Below are positions 19,921 through 31,504 of a stretch of 64,000 bases of DNA, piece after piece. The notes beneath the pieces are model-generated. The model had not been told where the DNA came from, made no database searches, and saw nothing but the letters and a program-made list of their open reading frames with translations. The DNA comes from Bacteroidetes bacterium CG12_big_fil_rev_8_21_14_0_65_60_17 (GTDB taxonomy: Bacteria; Bacteroidota; Rhodothermia; Rhodothermales; UBA10348): positions 69,930 through 133,929 of the forward strand of contig PCUY01000057.1 in NCBI GenBank assembly GCA_002787815.1, in the 5' to 3' direction. Made by a program: the position numbers and the translations under genes. How positions within the stretch are numbered: position 1 is the stretch's first letter; every line of letters begins with the position of its first letter.

Positions 19921-20916
19921 GTGTCACTGCACGGCGAATCGGTAACGTTGCAGGGTGTCAGGAAGTCTTTCGATGACCTGACCGCGGTGGACAATGTGAC
20001 GATCGAGGTGCCAGCAGGCTCGTTCTTCTCATTGCTCGGTCCGAGCGGTTGCGGTAAATCGACCACATTGCGCATGATTGCCGGCTTCGAGTCGCCGGAT
20101 GAAGGGGACATCCTGATAGGAGGCCGAAGTGTGGTCAACCTTCCAGCCTCCAGACGGCCAACGGCCATGGTGTTCCAGAACTATGCGCTGTTTCCGCACA
20201 TGACCGTTGGCCAAAACGTCGCCTACGGCCTGAACGTAAGGCGTGTAAAAAAAGACCAGGTTCGGAGGCGTGTCCGCGAGGTGCTTGAGCGGGTCGACAT
20301 GTCCACCTATGAAAACACCCCGGTTCCGTCACTTTCCGGCGGACAGCAGCAGCGCGTGGCACTTGCCCGGGCGGTCGCCGTGGAGCCACAGGTCATTCTG
20401 TTTGATGAACCCCTTTCCAATCTGGATGTCGCGCTGCGCCAACAGACTCGCAAGGAGTTGAAAAACATCCAGAAGGACATTGGCCTTACGAGCCTGTATG
20501 TGACACACGATCAGGAGGAAGCCATGGCCATGTCTGATCAGGTGGCCGTCATGCGAGCCGGGAGGGTGGTTCAAATTGGCCGGCCTGAGACCTTGTACAT
20601 GCACCCCGATACGGCGTTTGTGGCCTCTTTCCTGGGAGGAGCGAATATCATTGTGGATGCATCGCACTGCGTCTCACTCACAGGCGTCGATCCGGGAGAT
20701 GGTCACGTCTTGTCGGTCCGGGCAGAGGACATCATACTCAAGGATGACGGCCATTTGGCACATGTCGTCGGCCGCCAGTTCCTGGGGCACATCACAGAAC
20801 TTGACCTGGAGGTGGACGGGATATCCCTGCGGGCACGGGTGCCCGGTATGGCTCCCGATTCGACTGAAATCCGTATTGCCATGACCTCATTCAGGACGGT
20901 CCCGAACGACCTGTGA
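19921..20916 (+). CDS. ABC transporter ATP-binding protein (PotA/FbpC/CysA-like importer ATPase with a C-terminal regulatory domain); no cognate permease or binding protein adjacent
   Basis: 331 aa, GTG start. Walker A LLGPSGCGKSTTL, signature LSGGQQQRVALARA, Walker B ILFDEPLSNLD, H-loop YVTHDQEEA. Confidence 0.85.
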   Translation: MSLHGESVTLQGVRKSFDDLTAVDNVTIEVPAGSFFSLLGPSGCGKSTTLRMIAGFESPDEGDILIGGRSVVNLPASRRPTAMVFQNYALFPHMTVGQNVAYGLNVRRVKKDQVRRRVREVLERVDMSTYENTPVPSLSGGQQQRVALARAVAVEPQVILFDEPLSNLDVALRQQTRKELKNIQKDIGLTSLYVTHDQEEAMAMSDQVAVMRAGRVVQIGRPETLYMHPDTAFVASFLGGANIIVDASHCVSLTGVDPGDGHVLSVRAEDIILKDDGHLAHVVGRQFLGHITELDLEVDGISLRARVPGMAPDSTEIRIAMTSFRTVPNDL

Positions 20917-20925
20917 CAGGTCTGT

Positions 20926-23505
20926 TCAGAGCAGGGAACGGAATCGGTCGTTTATATCCGATTTGGGTTGTCTGATGCGCAGGAGATCCCTGAGATGGCC
21001 GCTTTTGACATGCAAGTCAAAGCCCCACGACTGGAAGGAGCCGAACGGAATCCAGTTGAACGACATCTGCCAGCAGTCGAAATCGTGGGCCAACGCAATG
21101 TTGGTGGTAACGAGTTCACGCTGTTCCACGTCATAGCCCGTGCGACCCGCCACTTTCCAGTTGGGGGTCAGACTGAAGTCGAATGATGTGTTCAGAATGG
21201 CACGTCGTATGGTCGCAAGTCCGGGTTTTGTGATACCGTACGTAAAGTCAATGGACGTGGACCAGGGTATGGAAAAGTCGGTATCCGGAGAACGAAGGGA
21301 CGTCTGCAGGATCTGCGCAGAGCCACTTGGATCGGCAAGGCCTCCAGGCAGGAAGCCCCCACGGGGTGACGTCATGGGGCGGTCTCCGGCACCTGTCCGA
21401 CTTCGAAGCGATGTTCGGATGGTGACGTTCAGGGAGGTCATGCGGCCCAGCGGTGTGGCCAGTGAAAACGCACTCGCACGCGTGAGTCCGCCTGACGGGG
21501 ACAGGTCATAGGGCGAAAACGTGCTGCGCGCGTCGACATCTATCTTTCCTGCAACCCGTGTGCGGGCAGTCAGGCGAAGATCTGCCAGTTTGAGTGAGTC
21601 AGCGGCAAAATTATAACTCGATGCGGCCGACAGGTCGAACAACTTCACAATGGTGCCGCCGCTGGCCCCCGGATCACCTGCGGGCGAATCCTGCTTTTTG
21701 GCCTCGAATGTGTTATTCACGGAGAATGTCATCGCACGCTGTTCTCCCCGGGACACACCGGGTACGACGGCGAACCGGGTTTCTTCTCCGGATGGAGTGG
21801 TTACGGTACGCGTGTATCCCCACTTCTCGTCAAAAAAGTCAGGCCGGTACGAAAAGCCGACATTGGGCCGGACCGTATGTCGAATTCGACTCAGGCCGGC
21901 AAATCGGGCAGGGAACTGACCATAGAACACCGTACTTGAGTTGACAGATGAACTGAACTGCCTGAGGGCAAAAAACTCATCCCGCGAACTTGTCTCGACG
22001 GTACTGGAGTCAGCCGAGATCTGTCTCTCCTCCGTTCGGAGGAACCAGTCTTCCGTATACGTGACATCAGGCGAGAGGTTGAGCCGAACGTTTCCGAGTA
22101 CGGGCAGGGATTGGACAGAAAAGGGTGCTGATACCGGGATGCGGTGCGATGCGCGGAACGAGAATGGGTCTTCTTTTCCGGTTGCCCTGCGGAAGTCGGA
22201 AGGAGACCTCAATGCATCCCACCAGGAGATATCGGCGGCCGCCGGGTCTCCGGCGGCCTGAAGTTGGGCATCTGACAATGGCGTGAAGTCGAACCGGTTA
22301 TCGACATTGAGTGTGTACCCGGCTGTGACGGTATTACGAACCTTGATATTGTTCTGTGAGAACCGAAATGCAGGAAGAACCATGTTCACCTGGCCATTGG
22401 CGAGCGATTGTCGCTGACTTGCCTGGACCGACATGCTGCGAGAGGACCAACGCTGCGTGTAACGTAGTGATGATTGCAGATCCTGCCGGACGCGGTCATC
22501 ATACTGCTGGGAAACCGCCCTCAGGAAGGAGGTCGACGACAGATTCACATTCGTGTTGAATGTTGCGGTTTGACCAATGGTTTGATTGTGGGTCCATCGA
22601 AAGGCGCTCGTTTGCCGAATGGCAAAGAGGGGATCTCCCCTGACACCGTTACGGAATCGGGCATAATCCATTTGCAACTGGCCATCGAACGCGTAGCGCT
22701 TGCGGTACCTGTACAACCCCCGCGTTTCCCAGCTGCCCTGCGTCCAGAACCCTGATTGCAGCTGGAGGTCCATGAACTCATTCATGGCAAAGTACCATCC
22801 AAAATCCCGCAGATAAAAACCGAATTCATCTTCGCCGTAGGTAGGAGGAAGGGGACCGGACCGTCGTGTATCCCTGGCGGGCAGAAATCCGAATGGAAGC
22901 CAGAGGGGGGTCGGTATATTGAACAGGAACAGTTGGATCGGTCCTGTATAGATCCAGTCGTCGCCGACCATTTTCATTTTTTTGGACCGGAGCGAGTACG
23001 ATGGGTTCGTGGTGCAATTGCACGTGGTATAGACGCCGTCCCGAATGAAGAGCGTATTGTCCTCGATGGCCTTCACAACGCCGGCCCGGATAAAGCCATC
23101 CTCGATCTGTGTCTCTGCGGCGACTATACGACCGCGTCGCGTGTTCAGGTTGAACGCCAGTGACGTGCCGCTGAATTCCTCTCCCGCCTGTATGATGGTT
23201 GGCCGGTCAGCGGCCCCCTCGCCGGTTTGGCGTCCCCGGGCCCGAAGCTCGTCGATGTCGAAGAAAATATCGATGGTCCACGCGGTGAGCTTCACATCCT
23301 CGTAAACCACCGATGCATTTCCGATCAGGGACGCGGTTCGATCAGAGGCGGCCAAAGCTATGCGCAGTGAATCCGAGGCAACGAATTCGACAGGCCGGGA
23401 AAGCTCCCCTCCGGATTGGGCTGCAGCTCGGCGACACGTGACCATGCAAAGAAGCGCTATCAGCAGAAAACACAGGCGCACGGAATCAGCGGTGCTCGTC
23501 GACAT
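20926..23505 (-). CDS. lptD: LptD/OstA-like LPS-assembly outer-membrane protein
   Basis: The ORF is open to 23667. ATG 23505 gives a good signal peptide (MSTSTADSVRLCFLLIALLCMVTCRRAAAQ). It has an OstA-like N-domain (LIGNASVVYEDVKLTAWTIDIF), a large beta-barrel-like C-terminal portion, and a size typical of Bacteroidota LptD. The start overlaps the glucokinase stop by 20 nt. Confidence 0.75.
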   Translation of the reverse strand: MSTSTADSVRLCFLLIALLCMVTCRRAAAQSGGELSRPVEFVASDSLRIALAASDRTASLIGNASVVYEDVKLTAWTIDIFFDIDELRARGRQTGEGAADRPTIIQAGEEFSGTSLAFNLNTRRGRIVAAETQIEDGFIRAGVVKAIEDNTLFIRDGVYTTCNCTTNPSYSLRSKKMKMVGDDWIYTGPIQLFLFNIPTPLWLPFGFLPARDTRRSGPLPPTYGEDEFGFYLRDFGWYFAMNEFMDLQLQSGFWTQGSWETRGLYRYRKRYAFDGQLQMDYARFRNGVRGDPLFAIRQTSAFRWTHNQTIGQTATFNTNVNLSSTSFLRAVSQQYDDRVRQDLQSSLRYTQRWSSRSMSVQASQRQSLANGQVNMVLPAFRFSQNNIKVRNTVTAGYTLNVDNRFDFTPLSDAQLQAAGDPAAADISWWDALRSPSDFRRATGKEDPFSFRASHRIPVSAPFSVQSLPVLGNVRLNLSPDVTYTEDWFLRTEERQISADSSTVETSSRDEFFALRQFSSSVNSSTVFYGQFPARFAGLSRIRHTVRPNVGFSYRPDFFDEKWGYTRTVTTPSGEETRFAVVPGVSRGEQRAMTFSVNNTFEAKKQDSPAGDPGASGGTIVKLFDLSAASSYNFAADSLKLADLRLTARTRVAGKIDVDARSTFSPYDLSPSGGLTRASAFSLATPLGRMTSLNVTIRTSLRSRTGAGDRPMTSPRGGFLPGGLADPSGSAQILQTSLRSPDTDFSIPWSTSIDFTYGITKPGLATIRRAILNTSFDFSLTPNWKVAGRTGYDVEQRELVTTNIALAHDFDCWQMSFNWIPFGSFQSWGFDLHVKSGHLRDLLRIRQPKSDINDRFRSLL

Positions 23506-24472
23506 GTTGGAAGACCATGTGCGCAGCACCCAGCATTCCCACGTCATTGCCTCCTGTTTCCTGTACAATTTCGAGTCCTTCCGAGAGGGCCGGTAACACC
23601 GATCGTTCCAACGATCGTCGGGCAGGTTCAAGGATATAATCTCCGGCACCGGAGAGTCCACCTCCAACTACGAATTTCCGGATATCCAGAAGGTTCACGA
23701 TGGATCCAAGCACACGACCGAGTTTGTGGCCTGCCCACTCGAGGACTTCCCGGGCACCACGGTCACCGGAGACTGCAGCATCATACAACATTCGCGGTGT
23801 GATTCCTTTGAGGTCAGGTTGCGCAACTTGGTGGATGAGGCTGTCACGACGATTGAGCAGCATGTAACGCGCCTGCCTGGAAAGAAACCGTTGCCCAAGA
23901 TAGGCTTCAATGGCGCCGGAAACACCACTGCGGGCTATAGGGCCTTCGTAGTCAATGGACATGTGTCCGATTTCACCAGCGGCCCCGGTACTACCCCGGA
24001 AAATCCTGTTCTCGTATATGATGGCACCGCCAACTCCTGTTCCCAGCGTTACCATGATGAACGACGAAAAGTCTCTTCCTGCTCCGTAATGGGCAGAACC
24101 CAGTCCGGCGGCATTGGCATCATTTTCGACGAGTGTAAAAAGTGGTGTATCAAGCCGCTTGGCGAGTTCATCGCCTACGTTGACCACCTCCCATCCAGGA
24201 AGGTTTGGTGGGCGGGATACGGTTGTGCGCTCCCAGTTTATGGCTCCCGGGGAGCCGATACCGACACCCAGTACATCACCAGCCTCCCCGGTAAACGAGC
24301 GAACGAGGTGCGAAATGGTATCGAGTACGTGAACAGGCCCCTTATCGGCCTCCGTATGCGCCGTTTTTTGTTTGACGAGCCCGTCTTGGCGGCTGACGAG
24401 GGCTGCCTTGATGGATGTGCCCCCCAGATCAATACCGACGGCGAGCTCAGTCGTGCCCATTCGGTCCATCAT
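23486..24472 (-). CDS. ROK-family glucokinase (the zinc-binding Cys motif is absent)
   Basis: 328 aa. AVGIDLGGTSIKAALV (phosphate-1), GIGSPGAINW, VENDANAAGLGS, GAAGEIGHMS. The canonical CxCGxxGCxE is replaced by ARSGVSGAIE. Confidence 0.85.
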   Translation of the reverse strand: MMDRMGTTELAVGIDLGGTSIKAALVSRQDGLVKQKTAHTEADKGPVHVLDTISHLVRSFTGEAGDVLGVGIGSPGAINWERTTVSRPPNLPGWEVVNVGDELAKRLDTPLFTLVENDANAAGLGSAHYGAGRDFSSFIMVTLGTGVGGAIIYENRIFRGSTGAAGEIGHMSIDYEGPIARSGVSGAIEAYLGQRFLSRQARYMLLNRRDSLIHQVAQPDLKGITPRMLYDAAVSGDRGAREVLEWAGHKLGRVLGSIVNLLDIRKFVVGGGLSGAGDYILEPARRSLERSVLPALSEGLEIVQETGGNDVGMLGAAHMVFQHVDEHR

Positions 24473-24768
24473 GGGTCTACCAACGGGTAAACCAACTCAC
24501 CAGGGCGTTGCATACTGTATTTTTCGCGCGCAATCCTTTCAATGTCCGCGGCGTTCAGCGGTCGCTCCATGAGTGTTTTCACACGGTCGATATCAGCTGA
24601 CAGCAGAGCGTTTTCTGCCCGGAGTACACGCTGCTCCGCGCGGAGTGCGAACCGCGTCCAGAGACTGTGTGTGTCAAGAAGGAGTATCCAGACCAACAGG
24701 AGAAGTGCAGCCGTCGCCAGGAGCCTCTTCTTGTGGCGCACCAGGAATTTCTGTTCGCGTTTCGGCAT
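24469..24768 (-). CDS. ftsB: septum formation initiator FtsB/DivIC-like protein
   Basis: 99 aa. It has one N-terminal TM helix and a coiled coil (LRAEQRVLRAENALLSADIDRV), ends in IERIAREKYSMQRPGE, and sits in the classic position downstream of eno. Confidence 0.7.
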   Translation of the reverse strand: MPKREQKFLVRHKKRLLATAALLLLVWILLLDTHSLWTRFALRAEQRVLRAENALLSADIDRVKTLMERPLNAADIERIAREKYSMQRPGELVYPLVDP

Positions 24769-24824
24769 GGATTCAGCAGACAGTGTCCAGACACGAGGGA
24801 GGAAATACCGCTCTCGTACTCAAT

Positions 24825-27536
<2,712 letters not shown>

Positions 27537-27540
<4 letters not shown>

Positions 27541-28835
27541 CCGAGAGGGATGCGGTCGAACCAGCGCTCGCCAAAGTTGATATTCAAACCGAATCTGAAG
27601 TATCGGTCTTCGACGAGTCCATTCGATGTCGTTCCTCTGCGGCCAACGTCTATGTTCAAGTCAATAGTCGTGCCAGGGATGGCAGTGGGAATACTGAGCC
27701 CGGCGGTGACACCCACGGACCGGATACGCTCCGATGGGTCCGGTGATACATACGATGCATCGGTATATATGCCTGCTCTGTACGCCATTCGGACAAAATA
27801 CGACCCAAAAGGTTGCCGGGAACCGGGCCAGAATTCGAGTCCGGCAGACAGCCTTGAGCGGTTCTCGAGCGTATTCACGTTGTCGTTGATACCGGGAAGC
27901 GGAAAGTCCGAAGAAAAGGACGTCCAGTCCTCAAACTGTACGTCAGCGACTACAGTAAGGCTGGGTGTAGGGCGGTACATGACGCCCGCAACGACTTGAA
28001 TAGGGAGGTCGACGCTCCCCGATTCGGCTGCGCGAAGAGTGTCCGATGTCGCGCTCCTGTCGAGACTGAGCGTCCTTGCGCCTGTCAGTGATGTTGGTAT
28101 CGTGACGGCAAGTCCCGCCCCGAACGGACGCTCTCCCAGAAAACTGCTCTGATCAGAAAAGCGGATTCCGAGGGTTGGAGAGAATCCTCCGAGTCGCGTG
28201 GATGTCACGACGTTGGAGTCAGTGAAGTTGATGTCATCGAACGTAGTTCGCTGCGTATCCTCAAGAATACCGAATATGTACGCTGCCGTCGCTCCAATAC
28301 TCAGCTTTTCGTTCAGTGCCAACCCAGCCGATGCGGATAATTTGTGCAAGCCACCATTTCCTTTGTACGAGGTGACAATGGGGGCCTGTGTGCCGGATTC
28401 CGGATCGACCACCAGCACGGAACTCTGATCGACCCGGTAATTCATACGTGTGAACGGGGAAAAGCCGAGTGCCACGCCCAGCTTGCGAGACAGGATGGGA
28501 AAGCTGCCGTGAACGGCGTTGAACTGTCCGGAGGTCAACTTGGAGTCGTCAACACCGTCCTCGGACGCGATCAATCGATCTATCACCATACCGCCGTTGA
28601 CGCGCGTAAAGAATTGATCCGAGAGTCCGGCCGGGTTGGCCAGGTTGGCATATCGAAAGGAGCCCAGGGCAAACCCACCACCTCCCATGGCCTGGGATTG
28701 TGACGACACGAATGACTCCCTCTGGCCGAGACCAAATCGGGAGTAGATGGACCCATCCGACAGGCTCTGTGCCATGGTGTCCACCGTGCATCCCCATAGC
28801 ATCAGGATCAGGATCGTAACAAACGGTCGGCGCAT
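27537..28835 (-). CDS. FadL/OMPP1-like outer-membrane beta-barrel protein
   Basis: Start chosen at ATG 28835 (MRRPFVTILILMLWGCTVDTMAQ signal peptide). YSRFGLGQ..MGGGGFALG..ANLANPAGL resembles the FadL-family N-terminal pattern. The rest has alternating beta-strand character. Confidence 0.55.
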
Positions 28836-28839
28836 GGGA

Positions 28840-29988
28840 TCAGTCCATTGGTGAATACGTGAGCAGAAGACGCGGTGAATTATCTTCATCCCGGCGAAGC
28901 CGGTGGTGCCCGATCGAAGTGCTGGAGACGGGGATATACAACTCAAAACGATCGAAATTGGACGTGCCCAGTGAGGCCTGCTGGATGATATTTGTGATCA
29001 ACGAGCTGCGGAACGTGGCCCGCCCTGTAGCATCAACGGCAACCGTCTCGACGTTGAGGGTGGATGAGCCATCCTCTGTAACTGCGCGCAGGGCCAGCGT
29101 GCTGAAGGGGGGGCGTACGAACGAGGAGCCATCTTCCTGGGGGCGCTGTGACATATCAATGCGCAGCTCTGCACGATGTACGGAGACGGTGTCAGGGATG
29201 GGAAATTTCAGGGAGAGAGAGGAAAGGCCGGTGTCAAGCAGTACGTTTTCCGGCAGGGGGTCAGTGGCACCGGGCACCGAATCGTCGACAACGGTCAGGA
29301 ATCGGGAAAGAGGGAAGTCCACCCGTTCACCGGAAGCCAACAGGACCTGCAACCTGGAGCCGAAAAGGCTGCTGCCGATGACAGCATTACCGCTTGTGGC
29401 GCGGAGGCGAAAACCGTTGAAAAGGGTCTGCATGTCGGCCGAAAGCAGGAGCTGGGCATTGCTTGACACCCATTCTGCCGGCATCGTAATGCGCAGCGTA
29501 TCGGTAGTGACCGGCACGTCAACCTCAGTGACAAGCGCACCGGTCGTCAACGTCGTGTCGGCCCGACGACCTTCAGCTGTCCATTCTTCCGTCATGGCGT
29601 GAATCTGGAGCGACAAGGTGGAGAGCGTATCTCCCAGAACGTAGTTGACCGGGAATCTGAGCTCCACGGATTGGACAACCTCTCCGGCCCGTCGGCCGGG
29701 AGTGGTCGCAGGAGCAAAATCCACGAAAGCATTGCGGGCAATCATACCGACAGCCGGGTCGAAAACACGTCCTGTCAAAAAACCACTGGCCCCTCCGGCG
29801 AGCGTACCACCGGTAATGTCAGCGGGACCGTCCGGCTGGATGCCGACTACGGGCAGGAATTCAGTCGTTGTACGCCCGGACTGCGCATCTACCAGACCAA
29901 TACCCACTTCAGAGGGTTCATCGCCACAGGCAGCAGCGAAAAGAAGGAACAGGATGACAGGGAGGGGCCCCAACCTGATTGGTGACAT
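28840..29988 (-). CDS. DUF4270-like lipoprotein
   Basis: Start ATG 29988 gives MSPIRLGPLPVILFLLFAAAC (lipobox FAAAC). LTGRVFDPAVGMIARNAFVDF resembles the DUF4270 N-terminal pattern. From memory, its position next to the short GT5 'glycogen synthase' is conserved in Bacteroidota. Confidence 0.55.
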   Translation of the reverse strand: MSPIRLGPLPVILFLLFAAACGDEPSEVGIGLVDAQSGRTTTEFLPVVGIQPDGPADITGGTLAGGASGFLTGRVFDPAVGMIARNAFVDFAPATTPGRRAGEVVQSVELRFPVNYVLGDTLSTLSLQIHAMTEEWTAEGRRADTTLTTGALVTEVDVPVTTDTLRITMPAEWVSSNAQLLLSADMQTLFNGFRLRATSGNAVIGSSLFGSRLQVLLASGERVDFPLSRFLTVVDDSVPGATDPLPENVLLDTGLSSLSLKFPIPDTVSVHRAELRIDMSQRPQEDGSSFVRPPFSTLALRAVTEDGSSTLNVETVAVDATGRATFRSSLITNIIQQASLGTSNFDRFELYIPVSSTSIGHHRLRRDEDNSPRLLLTYSPMD

Positions 29989-30167
29989 GCGGATCGGTAT
30001 GAAGCTGGAGCTGGGCTCCACGGCGGATTAACTTGACTTCAAACGGAAAACCCCAAAGACCGAGGCCGATGGGGTTCCCTGTTCGGAAGCGTACTATGCC
30101 AGCATGGTGGTGTATGTTTCACTCCGCAAAGTGCAAAATGGCGTCACCACGCTGACACTTTACCCGA

Positions 30168-30944
30168 TCAGGCTGGGACGGCTGGAGATATGGCGTTGTA
30201 CAGGTCCATGGCCTGGTCCCGTTGCGATTCGGTGTCGTCAGAAAAAACGGGGTGCCCCTCCGCATATTCCGCGATTTCAGCGGGAAAGATGACGCCGTCG
30301 GCAAAGTGCATACCGACCCTGTTGGGGCTCATGCCCTTGAGGTTGTCTTTCGAGGCCAGCTTGAGGGAGACAATGTCTTCGGCCGACATGGCATCCTCAA
30401 AGTCTACCATCTGTGGTGTATACGCAATTTTTGCGTCCCTGAACAGTGGGTCGTCTGCGAACTCGGTTCGCAGGACGTAAGGCACGTAGCCACTCATCCA
30501 ACCGAATGCGTGGACCAGGTCCGGCTGCCATCCGAGATTCCTGATGGTACGAATGACACTCCGGGAAAAAAACGCTGCCCGTTCGAGGTTGTCGGTGAAC
30601 ATCTTGCCCGAACGATCAGCAAAAATTCCTTTTCGTTTGAAATAGTGGCCGTTGTCCATGAAGTAGACTTGGAGGCGAATGCCCGGGATTGACGCCACTT
30701 TCACGCGCAGGGTCTCCGTGCGGTCGCCGAGTGTGATCTCACTGCCGGAGAGGCGAATAACCTCATGGAGTCGGTTCCGGCGTTCACTCACCGTGGCGTA
30801 GCGTGGCATCATGATGCGGGTTTCATACTCGCCGGTTTCGTGCAGGGCTTCTGGGAGGTGCCGTGCCAGGGAGGCGATGTACGACGTATCGGAAAATGGC
30901 GCTACTTCTCCGGATATGATCAGAATCCTTTTCGGGTTTGCCAT
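30168..30944 (-). CDS. short glycogen-synthase-like protein (GT5 N-terminal domain only, degenerate KTGGL motif)
   Basis: 258 aa. RILIISGEVAPFSDTSYIASLARHLPEAL aligns to GlgA E-x-APF-x-KTGGLADV, but KTGGL is replaced by DTSYI. There is no C-terminal GT-B half. Confidence 0.7.
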   Translation of the reverse strand: MANPKRILIISGEVAPFSDTSYIASLARHLPEALHETGEYETRIMMPRYATVSERRNRLHEVIRLSGSEITLGDRTETLRVKVASIPGIRLQVYFMDNGHYFKRKGIFADRSGKMFTDNLERAAFFSRSVIRTIRNLGWQPDLVHAFGWMSGYVPYVLRTEFADDPLFRDAKIAYTPQMVDFEDAMSAEDIVSLKLASKDNLKGMSPNRVGMHFADGVIFPAEIAEYAEGHPVFSDDTESQRDQAMDLYNAISPAVPA

Positions 30945-31063
30945 GCCTGCTTCATTTGGTGTGAAATAGACCAGAAAATACGAAATAGCGAATGTTTTTA
31001 CAAGATTGGCAAAGCGCTTCCAGGTGCGGGAAAGAAAAAGGAAAGCGGGAGTACAAGGCCCAC

Positions 31064-31480
31064 ATGGAGAAGCATCCGGTCATATTGTTCGACGGTGTCT
31101 GTAATCTGTGCAACGCCAGCGTCAACTTCGTGATTGACCGTGATGACGATGCCATATTCCGCTTTGGAGCCCTGCAGTCTGATAGCGGTGCCAGGATGTT
31201 GGCGGAACATGGTCTGGAGCCGGGAAGACTGGAAAGTATCGTACTGATAGATGACGGGGCTGTGTACGTGGCCTCGGATGCGGCACTGCGTATTGCCCGC
31301 AGACTCGGAGGGGCATTGAAACTGCTCTGGCCGTTTCGATTCGTCCCGCGCTTCTTGCGGGATGCTGTTTACAATTGGATTGCCCGGAATCGGTATCGTT
31401 GGTTCGGCAGGCAGGAGAGTTGCCGATTACCGACACCGGACCTGACGGAGCGCTTCATAGGCGGCACATTACGCCACTGA
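31064..31480 (+). CDS. thiol-disulfide oxidoreductase DCC family (DUF393)
   Basis: ATG 31064 gives MEKHPVILFDGVCNLCNASVNFVIDRD (the DCC-family CxxC signature context), with WIARNRYRWFG near the C-terminus. Confidence 0.8.
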   Translation: MEKHPVILFDGVCNLCNASVNFVIDRDDDAIFRFGALQSDSGARMLAEHGLEPGRLESIVLIDDGAVYVASDAALRIARRLGGALKLLWPFRFVPRFLRDAVYNWIARNRYRWFGRQESCRLPTPDLTERFIGGTLRH

Positions 31481-31501
31481 CCGCCGGGAACGGCTCGGCG
31501 G
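31481..31501. terminator. short inverted repeat between convergent genes (6-bp stem ccgccg/cggcgg, 9-nt loop); possible bidirectional terminator
   Basis: Read directly. It begins immediately after the DCC-family stop and lies 4 nt before the stop of the 1147-aa gene. Confidence 0.3.
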
Positions 31502-31504
31502 TGA

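Noticed and set aside
30022-30167. 146-nt intergenic gap (largest co-directional gap in this block); examined for a tRNA, small RNA or small ORF (tracks 30104-30292 + and 30119-30304 -).
   Set aside because: There are no tRNA-like T-arm or anticodon features. Only a weak imperfect hairpin (aacccc...ggggtt) is present. The short ORFs overlap the glycogen-synthase-like gene and look non-coding.
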